64,000 nucleotides of DNA from Atopobiaceae bacterium (GTDB taxonomy: Bacteria; Actinomycetota; Coriobacteriia; Coriobacteriales; Atopobiaceae): positions 3,938 to 67,937 of the forward strand of contig JAKVON010000014.1 of assembly GCA_022482785.1 (NCBI GenBank). Direction: 5' to 3'. Each line of letters opens with the position of its first letter. Position 1 is the first letter of the stretch. Shown piece after piece: positions 30,380-38,930 of this stretch. A model generated the notes under the pieces. It did not search any database, was not told where the DNA came from, and saw only the letters and a list, made by a program, of their open reading frames with translations. The translations under genes and the position numbers were made by a program.

Positions 30380-31633
30380 TTGAACGGCAAATACTATAAG
30401 GAGCCGAGCAAGGCTCTCGATCGCGACATGGAATACAAGGTCTTCGGCGAGGCGGGCAAGATCTGCCTGCTCTTCCCGCCTTCGGACTGCCGCTTCTACG
30501 ACTACGAGGACCACGGCATGATCGACGCCCTCGCCCCCTTCATCGAGGCCGGCAAGCTCCAGGCCGTCTGCGTCGACGCCGTCGACGACGAGACCTGGTT
30601 CGCCCAGGGAGACGTGCACAGTCGCATGGAGCTCCAGGAGAGGTACTTCTCCTACATCACCGAGGAGCTTCTCCCCACGCTCAAGAAGCGCAACGGCGCC
30701 TACCCCATGGCCATGACGGCGGGCTGCTCGATGGGTGCCTTCCATGCCGCGAACTTCTTCTTCCGTCGCCCGGACTACTTCGACAAGGCGCTCTGCCTCT
30801 CGGGCGTCTACACCGCCGATCACTTCATCCCCGGCTATGACGACGAGCTCGCCTACATGAACTCGCCCTTCGACTTCCTGAGCGGCATGGCCGAAGACCA
30901 TGAGGCCATGGGCTACTACCGCGACGCCGACCTCGCGTTCTGCGTCGGCGGCGCAGAGGACGCCTCGATGATCGAGGGCGCCCACGCCATGGAGCGCCTC
31001 CTTGGCGAGAAGGGCATCGAGGCTTGGTTCGACTACTGGGGAGACGACGTCACCCACGATTGGCCCTGGTGGGACCAGCAGCTCCCGTACTTCATGGACG
31101 AGGCCCTGAAGAACCTCCCCGCGCCCGCGAAGAGGCCCGCCGCCAAGAAGGCCGCCCCTGCCAAGAAGGCCGCAGCCGAGCCCGCGCCTGCAGCCAAGCC
31201 CGCAGCCAAGAAGGCCGAGCCAGCCAAGAAGCCTGCCGCTGCCCCCAAGGCTGCCGCTGCCCCCAAGCCCGCCGCGAAGCCCGCGGCCGCTGCCAAGAAG
31301 GCCGCCCCTGCAGCCAAGCCCGCAGCCAAGAAGGCCGAGCCCGCCAAGAAGCCTGCCGCTGCCCCCAAGGCTGCCGCGAAGCCCGAGGCAGCCAAGCCCG
31401 CCGCGAAGCCCGCGGCCGCTGCCAAGAAGTCGGCCCCTGCAGCCAAGCCCGCAGCCCCCAAGGCCGCCGCGAAGCCTGCTGCAGCCAAGCCCGCTGCCAA
31501 GAAGGCCGCCCCTGCAGCCAAGCCTGCGGCAGCCAAGCCCGCAGCCACGACCAAGAAGGCTGCCCCCAAGCCCGCAGCCCCCAAGGCCGCCGCGAAGCCT
31601 GCGGCGGGGAAGGCCGCTCCCAAGAAGAAGTAG
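30380..31633 (+). CDS. Esterase family protein (alpha/beta hydrolase) with ~185-aa C-terminal Ala/Lys/Pro-rich tail
   Basis: TTG 30380 lies 6 nt after AGGAGG (30368-30373); ATG 30350 is an alternative. Nucleophile elbow GCSMGA. The tail from ~31141 consists of PAAKKA/PAAKPA-type repeats through to the stop. Confidence 0.85.
   Translation: MNGKYYKEPSKALDRDMEYKVFGEAGKICLLFPPSDCRFYDYEDHGMIDALAPFIEAGKLQAVCVDAVDDETWFAQGDVHSRMELQERYFSYITEELLPTLKKRNGAYPMAMTAGCSMGAFHAANFFFRRPDYFDKALCLSGVYTADHFIPGYDDELAYMNSPFDFLSGMAEDHEAMGYYRDADLAFCVGGAEDASMIEGAHAMERLLGEKGIEAWFDYWGDDVTHDWPWWDQQLPYFMDEALKNLPAPAKRPAAKKAAPAKKAAAEPAPAAKPAAKKAEPAKKPAAAPKAAAAPKPAAKPAAAAKKAAPAAKPAAKKAEPAKKPAAAPKAAAKPEAAKPAAKPAAAAKKSAPAAKPAAPKAAAKPAAAKPAAKKAAPAAKPAAAKPAATTKKAAPKPAAPKAAAKPAAGKAAPKKK
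31187..31377 (+). repeat. Intragenic long repeat within the AKP tail (two 71-nt copies, 120-nt period)
   Basis: 31187-31257 and 31307-31377 differ at one position (cctgcagccaagcccgcagccaagaaggccgagcc[a/c]gccaagaagcctgccgctgcccccaaggctgccgc). A further related copy lies at ~31392-31456. Confidence 0.8.
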
Positions 31634-31642
31634 GCCTGCTCC

Positions 31643-31668
31643 GATAGCTGGTCAAGATAGCTGGTCAA
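31643..31668. repeat. Tandem 13-bp duplication GATAGCTGGTCAA x2
   Basis: Lies directly after the esterase stop and abuts the terminator hairpin. Confidence 0.6.
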
Positions 31669-31700
31669 AGGTCCCGTTCGACGATTCGGACGGGACCTTT
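31667..31700 (+). terminator. Hairpin after the esterase gene
   Basis: AAAGGTCCCGT ... ACGGGACCTTT, 11-bp arms, followed by cctcc. Confidence 0.6.
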
Positions 31701-31853
31701 CCTCCAGCATCCGCCTCGCGTTTCCGCTCGCCCGTCGCGTACGCGAATGGCAATCCGGGCAGAAGCTCACGACGTTCGTGCCCCGCCTGCCCTGATAAGC
31801 TCTATGGGGATGCCTCGCGGGGCATTCGGGTCGCAACGTCTCGGGGGGACAGC

Positions 31854-33284
31854 ATGAAGCGGACCTTCACCACCATCATGCCCGACCAGGTCGGTGCCTT
31901 CCTGGCCGCCAGCCGCATCTTCGCGTCGCTCGGGCTGAACATCACGCGCGTGAGCTACAACAAGGCCGTCGACACCCACACCCTCTTCATCGAGGCAGAA
32001 GGCGACGAGGGCGCCCTCGACGATGCCGCCGGGAGGCTGCAGGCCATCGGCTACCTCCCGGACGACCGCGCCGCAGGCGACGTCATCCTCATCGAGTTCC
32101 GCCTGCGCGACCGCCCGGGCGTCGTGGGGCCGGTGCTCGAGCTCATCGATTCCTTCTCGTTCAACATCTCCTACATCTCCTCGCAGGAGAACGGCACCGA
32201 CTACCAGCATTTCCGCATGGGCCTCTTCGTCGAGGACGGGGCCTCCGTGGCTCGTTTCCTCGAGCGGGCCGCACGCCTGTGCGACGTGAGCGTCGTCGAC
32301 TACGACCCCACGGGCATCGCGCTCGACAACACCGTCTTCTACATGTCGTTCGCCAACCGGATCGCCGAGCGTTTCGGCCTGGGCGAGGAGGAGAAGCGGC
32401 GCCTCGTCATCGACTCCAACCTGGTCATGGAGACCCTCTCCCGCAGGAACGAGCCGCCCTATCGCACCTTCGACACGATCGGCAAGTACGCGGACGCCCT
32501 CGCGTCCCATGGCGGCGCGGCGTTCTCGCCGCGCATCACGAGCCATGACGTGGGCGAGGGGCTCACGGCGACGCTTCTCGAGCCGCCCTGCGGGTCGAAC
32601 CTCTGCGTCCTCGAGACGGGGGACGGCCTGCTCTGCGTCGACGGCGGCTTTCCGTGCTATCGCGACGAGACCGTCGCGATCCTGCGCGAGCGCTACCCCC
32701 GTTTCGACGAGGAGCGCAGGGTCATGCTCCTCACCCATGCAGACATCGACCACTGCGGGCTCGTCGGCGACTTCGACGAGGTCCGCCTCAGCCAGACCTG
32801 CCTCGAGAACTTCGAGCGGGAGCATGCCGGCCGGGACTCGCTGCGCGAGCAGAACCCCCTCCATGCCCCCTACTGCCGCATCAGCGAGGTGCTCTCGGGC
32901 TATCGGCCGGTGCCCCTCGGGGCCATGCGGCCCATCGGCGGCCGCGCCCCCGATGACGACGGCCTCCTCGTCCCCATAGGGCGGGTCGACTTCGGGCCCC
33001 TCTCGTTCGAGGCGCACGAAGGCGCCGGCGGGCATATCGCCGGCGAGGTGGTCTACGTGGAGAGGCGTCTCCGCATCGCGTTCACGGGCGACATCTTCGT
33101 GAACATCAAGGGCTTCACCGCCGACCAGGCCGCGTTCAACCGCCTGGCCCCCTATCTCATGACCTCGGTCGACAGCGACCCGGCGCTTGCGGCACGCGAG
33201 CGCGACGCGGTGTTCGCGCTGCTCGGCCCTGGCGAGTGGACCCTGTTCGGCGGGCATGGCGCCGCGATGCGAGTGGGGCGTTGA
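31854..33284 (+). CDS. Two ACT domains fused to an MBL-fold metallo-hydrolase
   Basis: 476 aa. ACT-like segments TTIMPDQVGAFLAASRIFASLGLNITRVSY and IEFRLRDRPGVVGPVLELIDSFSFNISYISS. The MBL segment has LLTHADIDHCG, a variant of HxHxDH. Confidence 0.8.
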   Translation: MKRTFTTIMPDQVGAFLAASRIFASLGLNITRVSYNKAVDTHTLFIEAEGDEGALDDAAGRLQAIGYLPDDRAAGDVILIEFRLRDRPGVVGPVLELIDSFSFNISYISSQENGTDYQHFRMGLFVEDGASVARFLERAARLCDVSVVDYDPTGIALDNTVFYMSFANRIAERFGLGEEEKRRLVIDSNLVMETLSRRNEPPYRTFDTIGKYADALASHGGAAFSPRITSHDVGEGLTATLLEPPCGSNLCVLETGDGLLCVDGGFPCYRDETVAILRERYPRFDEERRVMLLTHADIDHCGLVGDFDEVRLSQTCLENFEREHAGRDSLREQNPLHAPYCRISEVLSGYRPVPLGAMRPIGGRAPDDDGLLVPIGRVDFGPLSFEAHEGAGGHIAGEVVYVERRLRIAFTGDIFVNIKGFTADQAAFNRLAPYLMTSVDSDPALAARERDAVFALLGPGEWTLFGGHGAAMRVGR

Positions 33285-33294
33285 GCCGGGCGGC

Positions 33295-34953
33295 CTACTC
33301 GTCCGACATGTCCTGGAGCGTCGCCATGAGCGGCGGGATGACCTGCTTCTTGCGGCTCACGACGCCGGGCAGCACGGCCATGCCGTCCTTGGTCTTCACG
33401 CCGAAGGTCTTGCCCACGATCTCGTCGGTGTCAGGGCCATAGAAGAGGACGTCGCTGGTCTGGCTCTTCACGTCGGTGAAGAGGTAGAACACCATCGGCA
33501 GCTCCTCGTCGGCCGCGGCCTCCTTGAGGTAGGGGCCGACGAGCGCCTCCGCGGCCCTGCGGCTGTTCTCGGTCATGTAGCTGCCCTGGCCGACCCCGAA
33601 GCGGACCTTGCCGCGCGAGAAGACCTTGAAGTCCTGGTGGAAGACCTCCTCGGCCGTGCGGCCCGTGAGGTCGGCACCGGCCTCGAACATCGCGTCGGCG
33701 TACTCCTCGATGTCCTCGCCGCATATCTTGGCCAGGGCCCGGGCCGCGGCCTCGTCCTGTGGGGTGCAGGTGGGCGAGCGGAACATGAGCGTGTCGGAGA
33801 GGATGGCGGAGAGCATGAGCCCCGCGACGCCCTTGGGGATCTCGATGCCATTCTCCTGGTAGAGGCCGTAGACGATGGTGCAGGTGCAGCCCACCGGCAT
33901 GAGGCGGAACCACACGGGGCCGGTGGTCTCGAGCCCGCCGATGCGGTGGTGGTCGACGATCTCCATGATCTCGGCCTGGTCGAGCCCCTCGACCGCCTGC
34001 GAGCGCTCGTTGTGGTCCACGAGGATGACGTGCTTCTTGGTGACGTTGATGAGGTTGGGGCTGCTCACCATGCCGCAGTAGGTGCCGTCCTCGTCGAGCA
34101 CGGGGAAGTAGCGGTGGCGCGAGCTGGCCATGACCTTCTGGGCGTCGTCGAGGGCGGTGTTCACGCTGAAGCGCAGGACGTCCTCGGAGAGCATGCGGGC
34201 GCGCACCGGCATCGACATGCAGATGAGCCGTGCGGTGGCATAGGTGTCGTAGGGGGTGATGATGATGGCGCAGCCGCGCTCCTGCGCGAGCTCGCGCACG
34301 TCTTCCATGACCTCGGCCCCGCAGCAGATGATGAGGCAGCGCGCGCCGCTCCTCACGGCGAAGAGCTGGGTCTCGTAGCGGTTGGTGACGAGGACCGTGT
34401 CGCCGGGCTGGATGGTGCCCTCCATCATCTCGGGGCTCGTGCCCACGCAGACCCTGCCGTCCTCGACCCTGCCGTCCGGGTCGCCCACGACCATGGTCCC
34501 GTCGAGGGTTGTGAGGATGTTGGCGTACTTGGTATGGGCCTGCGACAGGACCCCCGTGTCGAAGATGTTCATGTTCGCGTTGGCGATGTCCTTGAGGGCG
34601 ATGAGGCCCAGGAGGTCGTTCTTCTCGTCGGTGATGCAGAGGGTGTCGAGCTGGATGTCGCGCATCAGGTTCCAGGCGGAGTAGAGGCTCGTCTCGCGGT
34701 CGATGCCCGGCTGGCGCAGGATCTCGATGTCCTTGATCTGAGGCGTGACGGTGGTGATGAGGGGCGGCTCGGCGAACCCGAAGTGCTTGAGCACGAAGGC
34801 GGTCTCGCGGTTGACGGTGCCTGCGCGCCTGGCCTCGTAGATGCTTTCCCCCAGCTGGTTCTTGAGGTAGGCATAGGAGATCGCCGAGCAGATGCTGTCG
34901 GTGTCCGGGTGCTGGTGACCGATGACGTTGACCTTGCGGATTGCCTCAGGCAT
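33295..34953 (-). CDS. CBS/DRTGG-domain-containing family II (DHH) inorganic pyrophosphatase
   Basis: ORF trimmed to MPEAIRKVNVIGHQHPDTDS (ATG 34953). DHH motifs HQHPDTDS, LVDHNE and VDHHRIG. A CBS pair plus DRTGG insert lies between them. C-terminal DHHA2 region. Confidence 0.88.
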   Translation of the reverse strand: MPEAIRKVNVIGHQHPDTDSICSAISYAYLKNQLGESIYEARRAGTVNRETAFVLKHFGFAEPPLITTVTPQIKDIEILRQPGIDRETSLYSAWNLMRDIQLDTLCITDEKNDLLGLIALKDIANANMNIFDTGVLSQAHTKYANILTTLDGTMVVGDPDGRVEDGRVCVGTSPEMMEGTIQPGDTVLVTNRYETQLFAVRSGARCLIICCGAEVMEDVRELAQERGCAIIITPYDTYATARLICMSMPVRARMLSEDVLRFSVNTALDDAQKVMASSRHRYFPVLDEDGTYCGMVSSPNLINVTKKHVILVDHNERSQAVEGLDQAEIMEIVDHHRIGGLETTGPVWFRLMPVGCTCTIVYGLYQENGIEIPKGVAGLMLSAILSDTLMFRSPTCTPQDEAAARALAKICGEDIEEYADAMFEAGADLTGRTAEEVFHQDFKVFSRGKVRFGVGQGSYMTENSRRAAEALVGPYLKEAAADEELPMVFYLFTDVKSQTSDVLFYGPDTDEIVGKTFGVKTKDGMAVLPGVVSRKKQVIPPLMATLQDMSDE

Positions 34954-35213
34954 GGCACGCTCCTCGTTGTTGTCACGATAGTTGCGGATCGGTTTCCATT
35001 GTTCCCCTCCCGGGCGTCGCAGACCTCTCGAAGGCGGCGAATGCACGCATATTCCCTGCGCGGGGCGATGCGATGGGGTCGATCGGGGAGTGCGCTTCTG
35101 TTTGTTGTGTCCGGGTGGGCGAGAGGGGGTGTCCCGTCGGCGGACCCGCTCTCATACTGTTATACTGTTCCCCAACGCGTGGCGGGAGGCCGCGCGAGAG
35201 GGGAGATGGAATC

Positions 35214-35876
35214 ATGGCAAGCATAGGCGTGGCCTCGGGGCACGAGGTCAGGGAATATAGCGTGGGCGAGGAGATCGGGAATTCGGTCACGCATGGCGTG
35301 GGGGCGCTGCTGGCGGTCGCGGCGATCGTGCTGTGCTGCGTGAAGGCGGCCCGCGACGGGGGAGGGATCCTCACCCTCGCGGCGGTGGCCTACTCCATCC
35401 CGCTGTTCCTGGAGTACCTCATGTCGACGCTCTACCACGCGTTGGCCGTGCCGGGGGCGAAGCGGGTCTTCAAGGTCCTCGACCACTGCTGCATCTATCT
35501 TCTCATCGCGGGTTCCTACACACCGTTCTGCCTGGTCACGCTCGCGAATTCGGGTGGCGGCGCCCTCGCTGCCGTCGTCTGGGGGATCGCGGCGGCCGGA
35601 ATCGTCGCGGAGACCTTCTGGGTCTTTCGCCCGAGGTGGGTCTCCACGGTCATCTACCTGGCGATGGGTTGGTCGGTCATGCTCGAGCTCCCGGCCCTGC
35701 TCGCCCTCCTCGACCCCGCCGGGCTCGCGCTCCTCGTCGCGGGCGGCCTCTGCTACTCGGTGGGCTGCGTCTTCTACGTCCTCAAGAAGGTCCCCTACCT
35801 GCACATGGTCTTCCACCTGTTCGTGCTCGCGGGCAGCGTCTGCCAGTTCCTCGCCATCGTGCTCTACGTGCTGTAG
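35214..35876 (+). CDS. Hemolysin III / PAQR family membrane protein
   Basis: 220 aa, 7 predicted TM. Motifs EEIGNSVTHGVG, LDHCCIYLLIAGSYTP and HMVFHLFVLAGS. Confidence 0.88.
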   Translation: MASIGVASGHEVREYSVGEEIGNSVTHGVGALLAVAAIVLCCVKAARDGGGILTLAAVAYSIPLFLEYLMSTLYHALAVPGAKRVFKVLDHCCIYLLIAGSYTPFCLVTLANSGGGALAAVVWGIAAAGIVAETFWVFRPRWVSTVIYLAMGWSVMLELPALLALLDPAGLALLVAGGLCYSVGCVFYVLKKVPYLHMVFHLFVLAGSVCQFLAIVLYVL

Positions 35877-36017
35877 CGGGGTCCCGAGGCTCCCGGGCGC
35901 CGCCTGTCGCATCAGGTTCCTTTAGGCCTTGAGAAGAAGCCGCGTCCGCATGGACACGTTCCGCCCAGGGGTCTATGGTGGCGGCAACGCCAGCCAGGGG
36001 ACAGATGGGAGGTCGTC

Positions 36018-36338
36018 ATGGACGCGACGGACGAGGTTCTGGAGTCGGGGCTCGCAGACGACGAGCTCGAGGCGTGCCTTCGCTACCAGCTGGAGTCCTG
36101 CCTGCAGGAACGTGCGGCGGCGGTTCTCGACGGGCGCTGCCGTTCCCTGCTCCTCGACTTCGCCCCAAGGCATCTCGCGAGCCTCTACCCCAGCCTGGAC
36201 CAGACCATGCGGGCGCTCGAGCGCGTCGTCCGACGCCTCGCGGAGCGCCTCGAGGCGAGCGGCATCATCCTGTCCATCCGCGCGCGGGTGGGAGAGGGGA
36301 TCGTCCTCTCGGTGGCGAACTCGGCGGCCTTCGCGTAA
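36018..36338 (+). CDS. Hypothetical protein (106 aa)
   Basis: GGGAGG lies 5 nt upstream of the ATG. High GC3. No recognisable family. The C-terminal IILSIRARVGEGIVLSVANS faintly resembles a kinase ATPase strand. Confidence 0.45.
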   Translation: MDATDEVLESGLADDELEACLRYQLESCLQERAAAVLDGRCRSLLLDFAPRHLASLYPSLDQTMRALERVVRRLAERLEASGIILSIRARVGEGIVLSVANSAAFA

Positions 36339-36356
36339 GGCGTCGCGGGGCGCCTC

Positions 36357-36935
36357 TCACGCGAGGTTGCGGAACTCCCCGATGGGATGGACGGCAGGCT
36401 GGTCGGCCACGTGCTCGCCGATGACCTTCTCCATCCAGGCCATGTCGTACCAGCGGCCGAACTTGTGGCCGCACTGCGAGAAGCGTCCCACGAGACGGAA
36501 GCCCATGTGCTCGTGATAGGCGATGGAATCGGCCGAGAGGCGCGCGTCCGGGCCGTTCGGGCAGGCGATGCAGGCCTCCATGTTGAGGATCCCCTGGGCG
36601 TCGAGCAGGCGCTCGAGCGAGTCGTAGAGCATCCTTCCCACGCCTCGGCGGCGCAGGTCCTGCCGCACGTAGACGCTCGTCTCGACGGCCCAGTCGTAGG
36701 CGGGCCTGTCCTTGAAGGGGCCGGCGTAGGCATAGCCCAGGGGCCCTCCCCCGCGCTCGGCCACGAGGAAGGGGTAGCGCCCGAGCGTCGTCCCGATGCG
36801 CCGCGAGAACTCCTCCGCCGAGGGAACCTCGTACTCGAACGAGACGGCGGTGTCCCTCACGTAGGGCGCGTAGATGGCGAGCAGCGCCTCCGCGTCCCGC
36901 TCGTCCGCGAACCTCACCGTGATGTCCTCTTCCAT
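36357..36935 (-). CDS. GNAT N-acetyltransferase, phosphinothricin/methionine-sulfoximine acetyltransferase-like
   Basis: 192 aa. RFADERDAEALLAIYAPYV...TAVSFEYEVPS...RRRGVGRMLY pattern typical of the PAT subfamily. Confidence 0.85.
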   Translation of the reverse strand: MEEDITVRFADERDAEALLAIYAPYVRDTAVSFEYEVPSAEEFSRRIGTTLGRYPFLVAERGGGPLGYAYAGPFKDRPAYDWAVETSVYVRQDLRRRGVGRMLYDSLERLLDAQGILNMEACIACPNGPDARLSADSIAYHEHMGFRLVGRFSQCGHKFGRWYDMAWMEKVIGEHVADQPAVHPIGEFRNLA

Positions 36936-36992
36936 GCGGCGCCTCCTCGAGACCTCGCGCCGAGTATAGCGCGCGCGTTCTCCCCATGCCCC

Positions 36993-37020
36993 TTGACACC
37001 CTATCTGTAATCTGCATAAT
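36993..37020 (+). promoter_or_regulatory. Sigma-70-like promoter for the Rrf2 operon
   Basis: TTGACA (36993-36998), 16 nt, CATAAT (37015-37020), about 68 nt upstream of ATG 37088. Confidence 0.55.
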
Positions 37021-37079
37021 TACAGATAAGAGTAACCGTTACGATTACAGATAAGAGTAACCGTTACGATTACAGATAG
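37003..37079. promoter_or_regulatory. Operator-like repeat array: inverted ATCTGTAAT/ATTACAGAT plus 2.4 tandem copies of a 25-bp unit
   Basis: ATTACAGATAAGAGTAACCGTTACG occurs at 37019-37043 and 37044-37068, with a partial copy at 37069-37079. Each full unit contains the palindrome GTAACcGTTAC. The inverted half-site lies at 37003-37011 and the palindrome formed with 37019-37027 spans the -10. Confidence 0.6.
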
Positions 37080-37087
37080 GGGCGGCG

Positions 37088-37543
37088 ATGAACAGCGAGT
37101 TCGCCATAGCGACGCATGCCCTCGTCTACGTCTCCCACGTGGGACGCTGCGTCTCGAGCGAGGAGCTCGCCGAGAACATCTGCACGAACCCCGCGCGCGT
37201 CCGCAAGGTGATGGCACGGCTCGTGCCGGCAGGCCTCGTGGAGTCGAGGGCGGGCGCGGTCGGGGGCTACTGCCCGACGGCAGGCCTCGACGCGAGGACC
37301 CTCGCTGACGTCGCGGACGCGTTGGGCACGCGGCTCGTCTCCGCGTCGTGGAGCTCGGGCGACGTCGACAGGGAGTGCCAGGTGAGCTCGGGCATGGGCG
37401 CGCTCATGCAGGGCGTCTACGACGACCTGGACGCCCTGTGCCGGCGCCGCCTCGCCCAGACGACCGTGGGCGACGTCGTGCGGGAGCTTTTCTCGGGGAG
37501 GGGAGCGGCCGCCAAGGGTGCGGCCGCCGGAAGGGACGACTGA
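37088..37543 (+). CDS. Rrf2-family transcriptional regulator
   Basis: 151 aa. N-terminal FAIATHALVYVSHVGRCVSSEELAENICTNPARVRKVMARL winged-helix. Confidence 0.88.
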   Translation: MNSEFAIATHALVYVSHVGRCVSSEELAENICTNPARVRKVMARLVPAGLVESRAGAVGGYCPTAGLDARTLADVADALGTRLVSASWSSGDVDRECQVSSGMGALMQGVYDDLDALCRRRLAQTTVGDVVRELFSGRGAAAKGAAAGRDD

Positions 37544-37558
37544 GGGAGAGGTGTGGTC

Positions 37559-38929
37559 ATGGACCGTTACGACGTCATGGTGATCGGGTTCGGCAAGGCA
37601 GGCAAGACGCTCGCGGGCGCGCTCGCGAGCAGGGGGAGGCGGGTGGCGCTCGTCGAGCGCGACAGCGGGATGTATGGCGGCACCTGCATCAACGTCGCCT
37701 GCATCCCCACCAAGGCCCTGAACGAGCAGGCGCTGCGCTCCGCCGCCATGGGAGGCGGCGACGAGGAGCGTGCCGCGCGCTACGCCGCGGCCGTCGTCTC
37801 CAAGCGGGCCCTCACGGCACGGCTCCGCCAGAAGAACCTCGCCAAGCTCGTCTCGGCGGGCGTCGAGGTGATTGACGGCACCGCCTCGTTCGTCGGCCCC
37901 CTGGCCGTGAGCGTGGCCGCCGCCGACGGCACCACGCGCGAGCTCCAGGCCGACGACGTCGTGATCAACACGGGGTCGCGTCCGTTCGTGCCTCCCATCG
38001 AGGGCCTGGCCACGAGCGCGCGGGCCTTCGTGAGCGAGACCATGATGGAGCTCGACCGGCTGCCGCGCCGCCTCGTCGTCATAGGCGGCGGCTACATCGG
38101 GCTCGAGTTCGCCTCGATCTGGGCGAACTTCGGGAGCGACGTCACCATCGTCCAGGACGGCCAGGCCTTCGTCCCACGCGAGGACGAGGAGGTCGCCGAG
38201 GTCGTGCTCGAGAGCCTCGAGCGCAGGGGGATCACGGTCCTGCGCTCGGCGAGGACCCTCTCGGTCGCCGACGGCACCGACGAGTCGCACGTCTCGGTCG
38301 AGGTCGGCGGCGAGGCGCGCGACCTCCCGGCCGACGCCGTCCTCGTCGCGACGGGCCGTCGCCCCAACCTCGAGGGCCTGCATCCCGAGGCCGCGGGCGT
38401 AGAGCTCGACGAGCGCGGCGCGATACGCGTGGACGAGCGTCTGCGCACGAGCGCGCCGCACGTCTGGGCTGCGGGGGACGTGAAGGGCGGGCTCCAGTTC
38501 ACCTACGTCTCGCTCGACGACGCGCGCATCCTGCTCTCCGCGATGGAGGGCGACGCCTCCCGCACCACCGCGAACCGCGGGGCGGTGCCCTACAGCGTCT
38601 TTCTCGATCCGCCCTTCTCGCGCGTGGGCATGACCGAGCGCGAGGCCAGGGAGGCCGGCCACGACGTCAAGGTCGCGAGGCTGGCCGCCGCGGCCATACC
38701 CAAGGCCGCCGTCCTGGGCAAGACCGACGGCATGCTCAAGGCCGTGGTCGACGCCGAGACGGGCCACGTCCTGGGCGCGCACCTGTTCTGCGCCGAGTCG
38801 CACGAGCTCGTCAACCTGCTGAAGCTCGCGATCGACCAAGGCATCCCCGCGGCGACGCTCCGCGATGCCATCTACACCCATCCCACGATGACGGAGGCGC
38901 TGAACGACCTCTTCGGCCAGGTGGGCTGA
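37559..38929 (+). CDS. Class I pyridine nucleotide-disulfide oxidoreductase (FAD; glutathione/mercuric reductase-like)
   Basis: ATG 37559 (GTG 37553 is possible). FAD fold VMVIGFGKAGKT. Redox-active GGTCINVACIPTK. Second Rossmann fold VVIGGGYIGLEF. Dimerisation-domain HPTMTEAL. Confidence 0.88.
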   Translation: MDRYDVMVIGFGKAGKTLAGALASRGRRVALVERDSGMYGGTCINVACIPTKALNEQALRSAAMGGGDEERAARYAAAVVSKRALTARLRQKNLAKLVSAGVEVIDGTASFVGPLAVSVAAADGTTRELQADDVVINTGSRPFVPPIEGLATSARAFVSETMMELDRLPRRLVVIGGGYIGLEFASIWANFGSDVTIVQDGQAFVPREDEEVAEVVLESLERRGITVLRSARTLSVADGTDESHVSVEVGGEARDLPADAVLVATGRRPNLEGLHPEAAGVELDERGAIRVDERLRTSAPHVWAAGDVKGGLQFTYVSLDDARILLSAMEGDASRTTANRGAVPYSVFLDPPFSRVGMTEREAREAGHDVKVARLAAAAIPKAAVLGKTDGMLKAVVDAETGHVLGAHLFCAESHELVNLLKLAIDQGIPAATLRDAIYTHPTMTEALNDLFGQVG

Positions 38930-38930
38930 G

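Noticed and set aside
31141-31633. AKP-repeat region as a non-coding tandem repeat or a separate gene.
   Set aside because: It is in frame and contiguous with the esterase ORF up to a stop at 31633. It has codon-level periodicity (120-nt period = 40 aa). The overlapping ORFs in other frames and on the other strand are mirror artefacts of the repeat.
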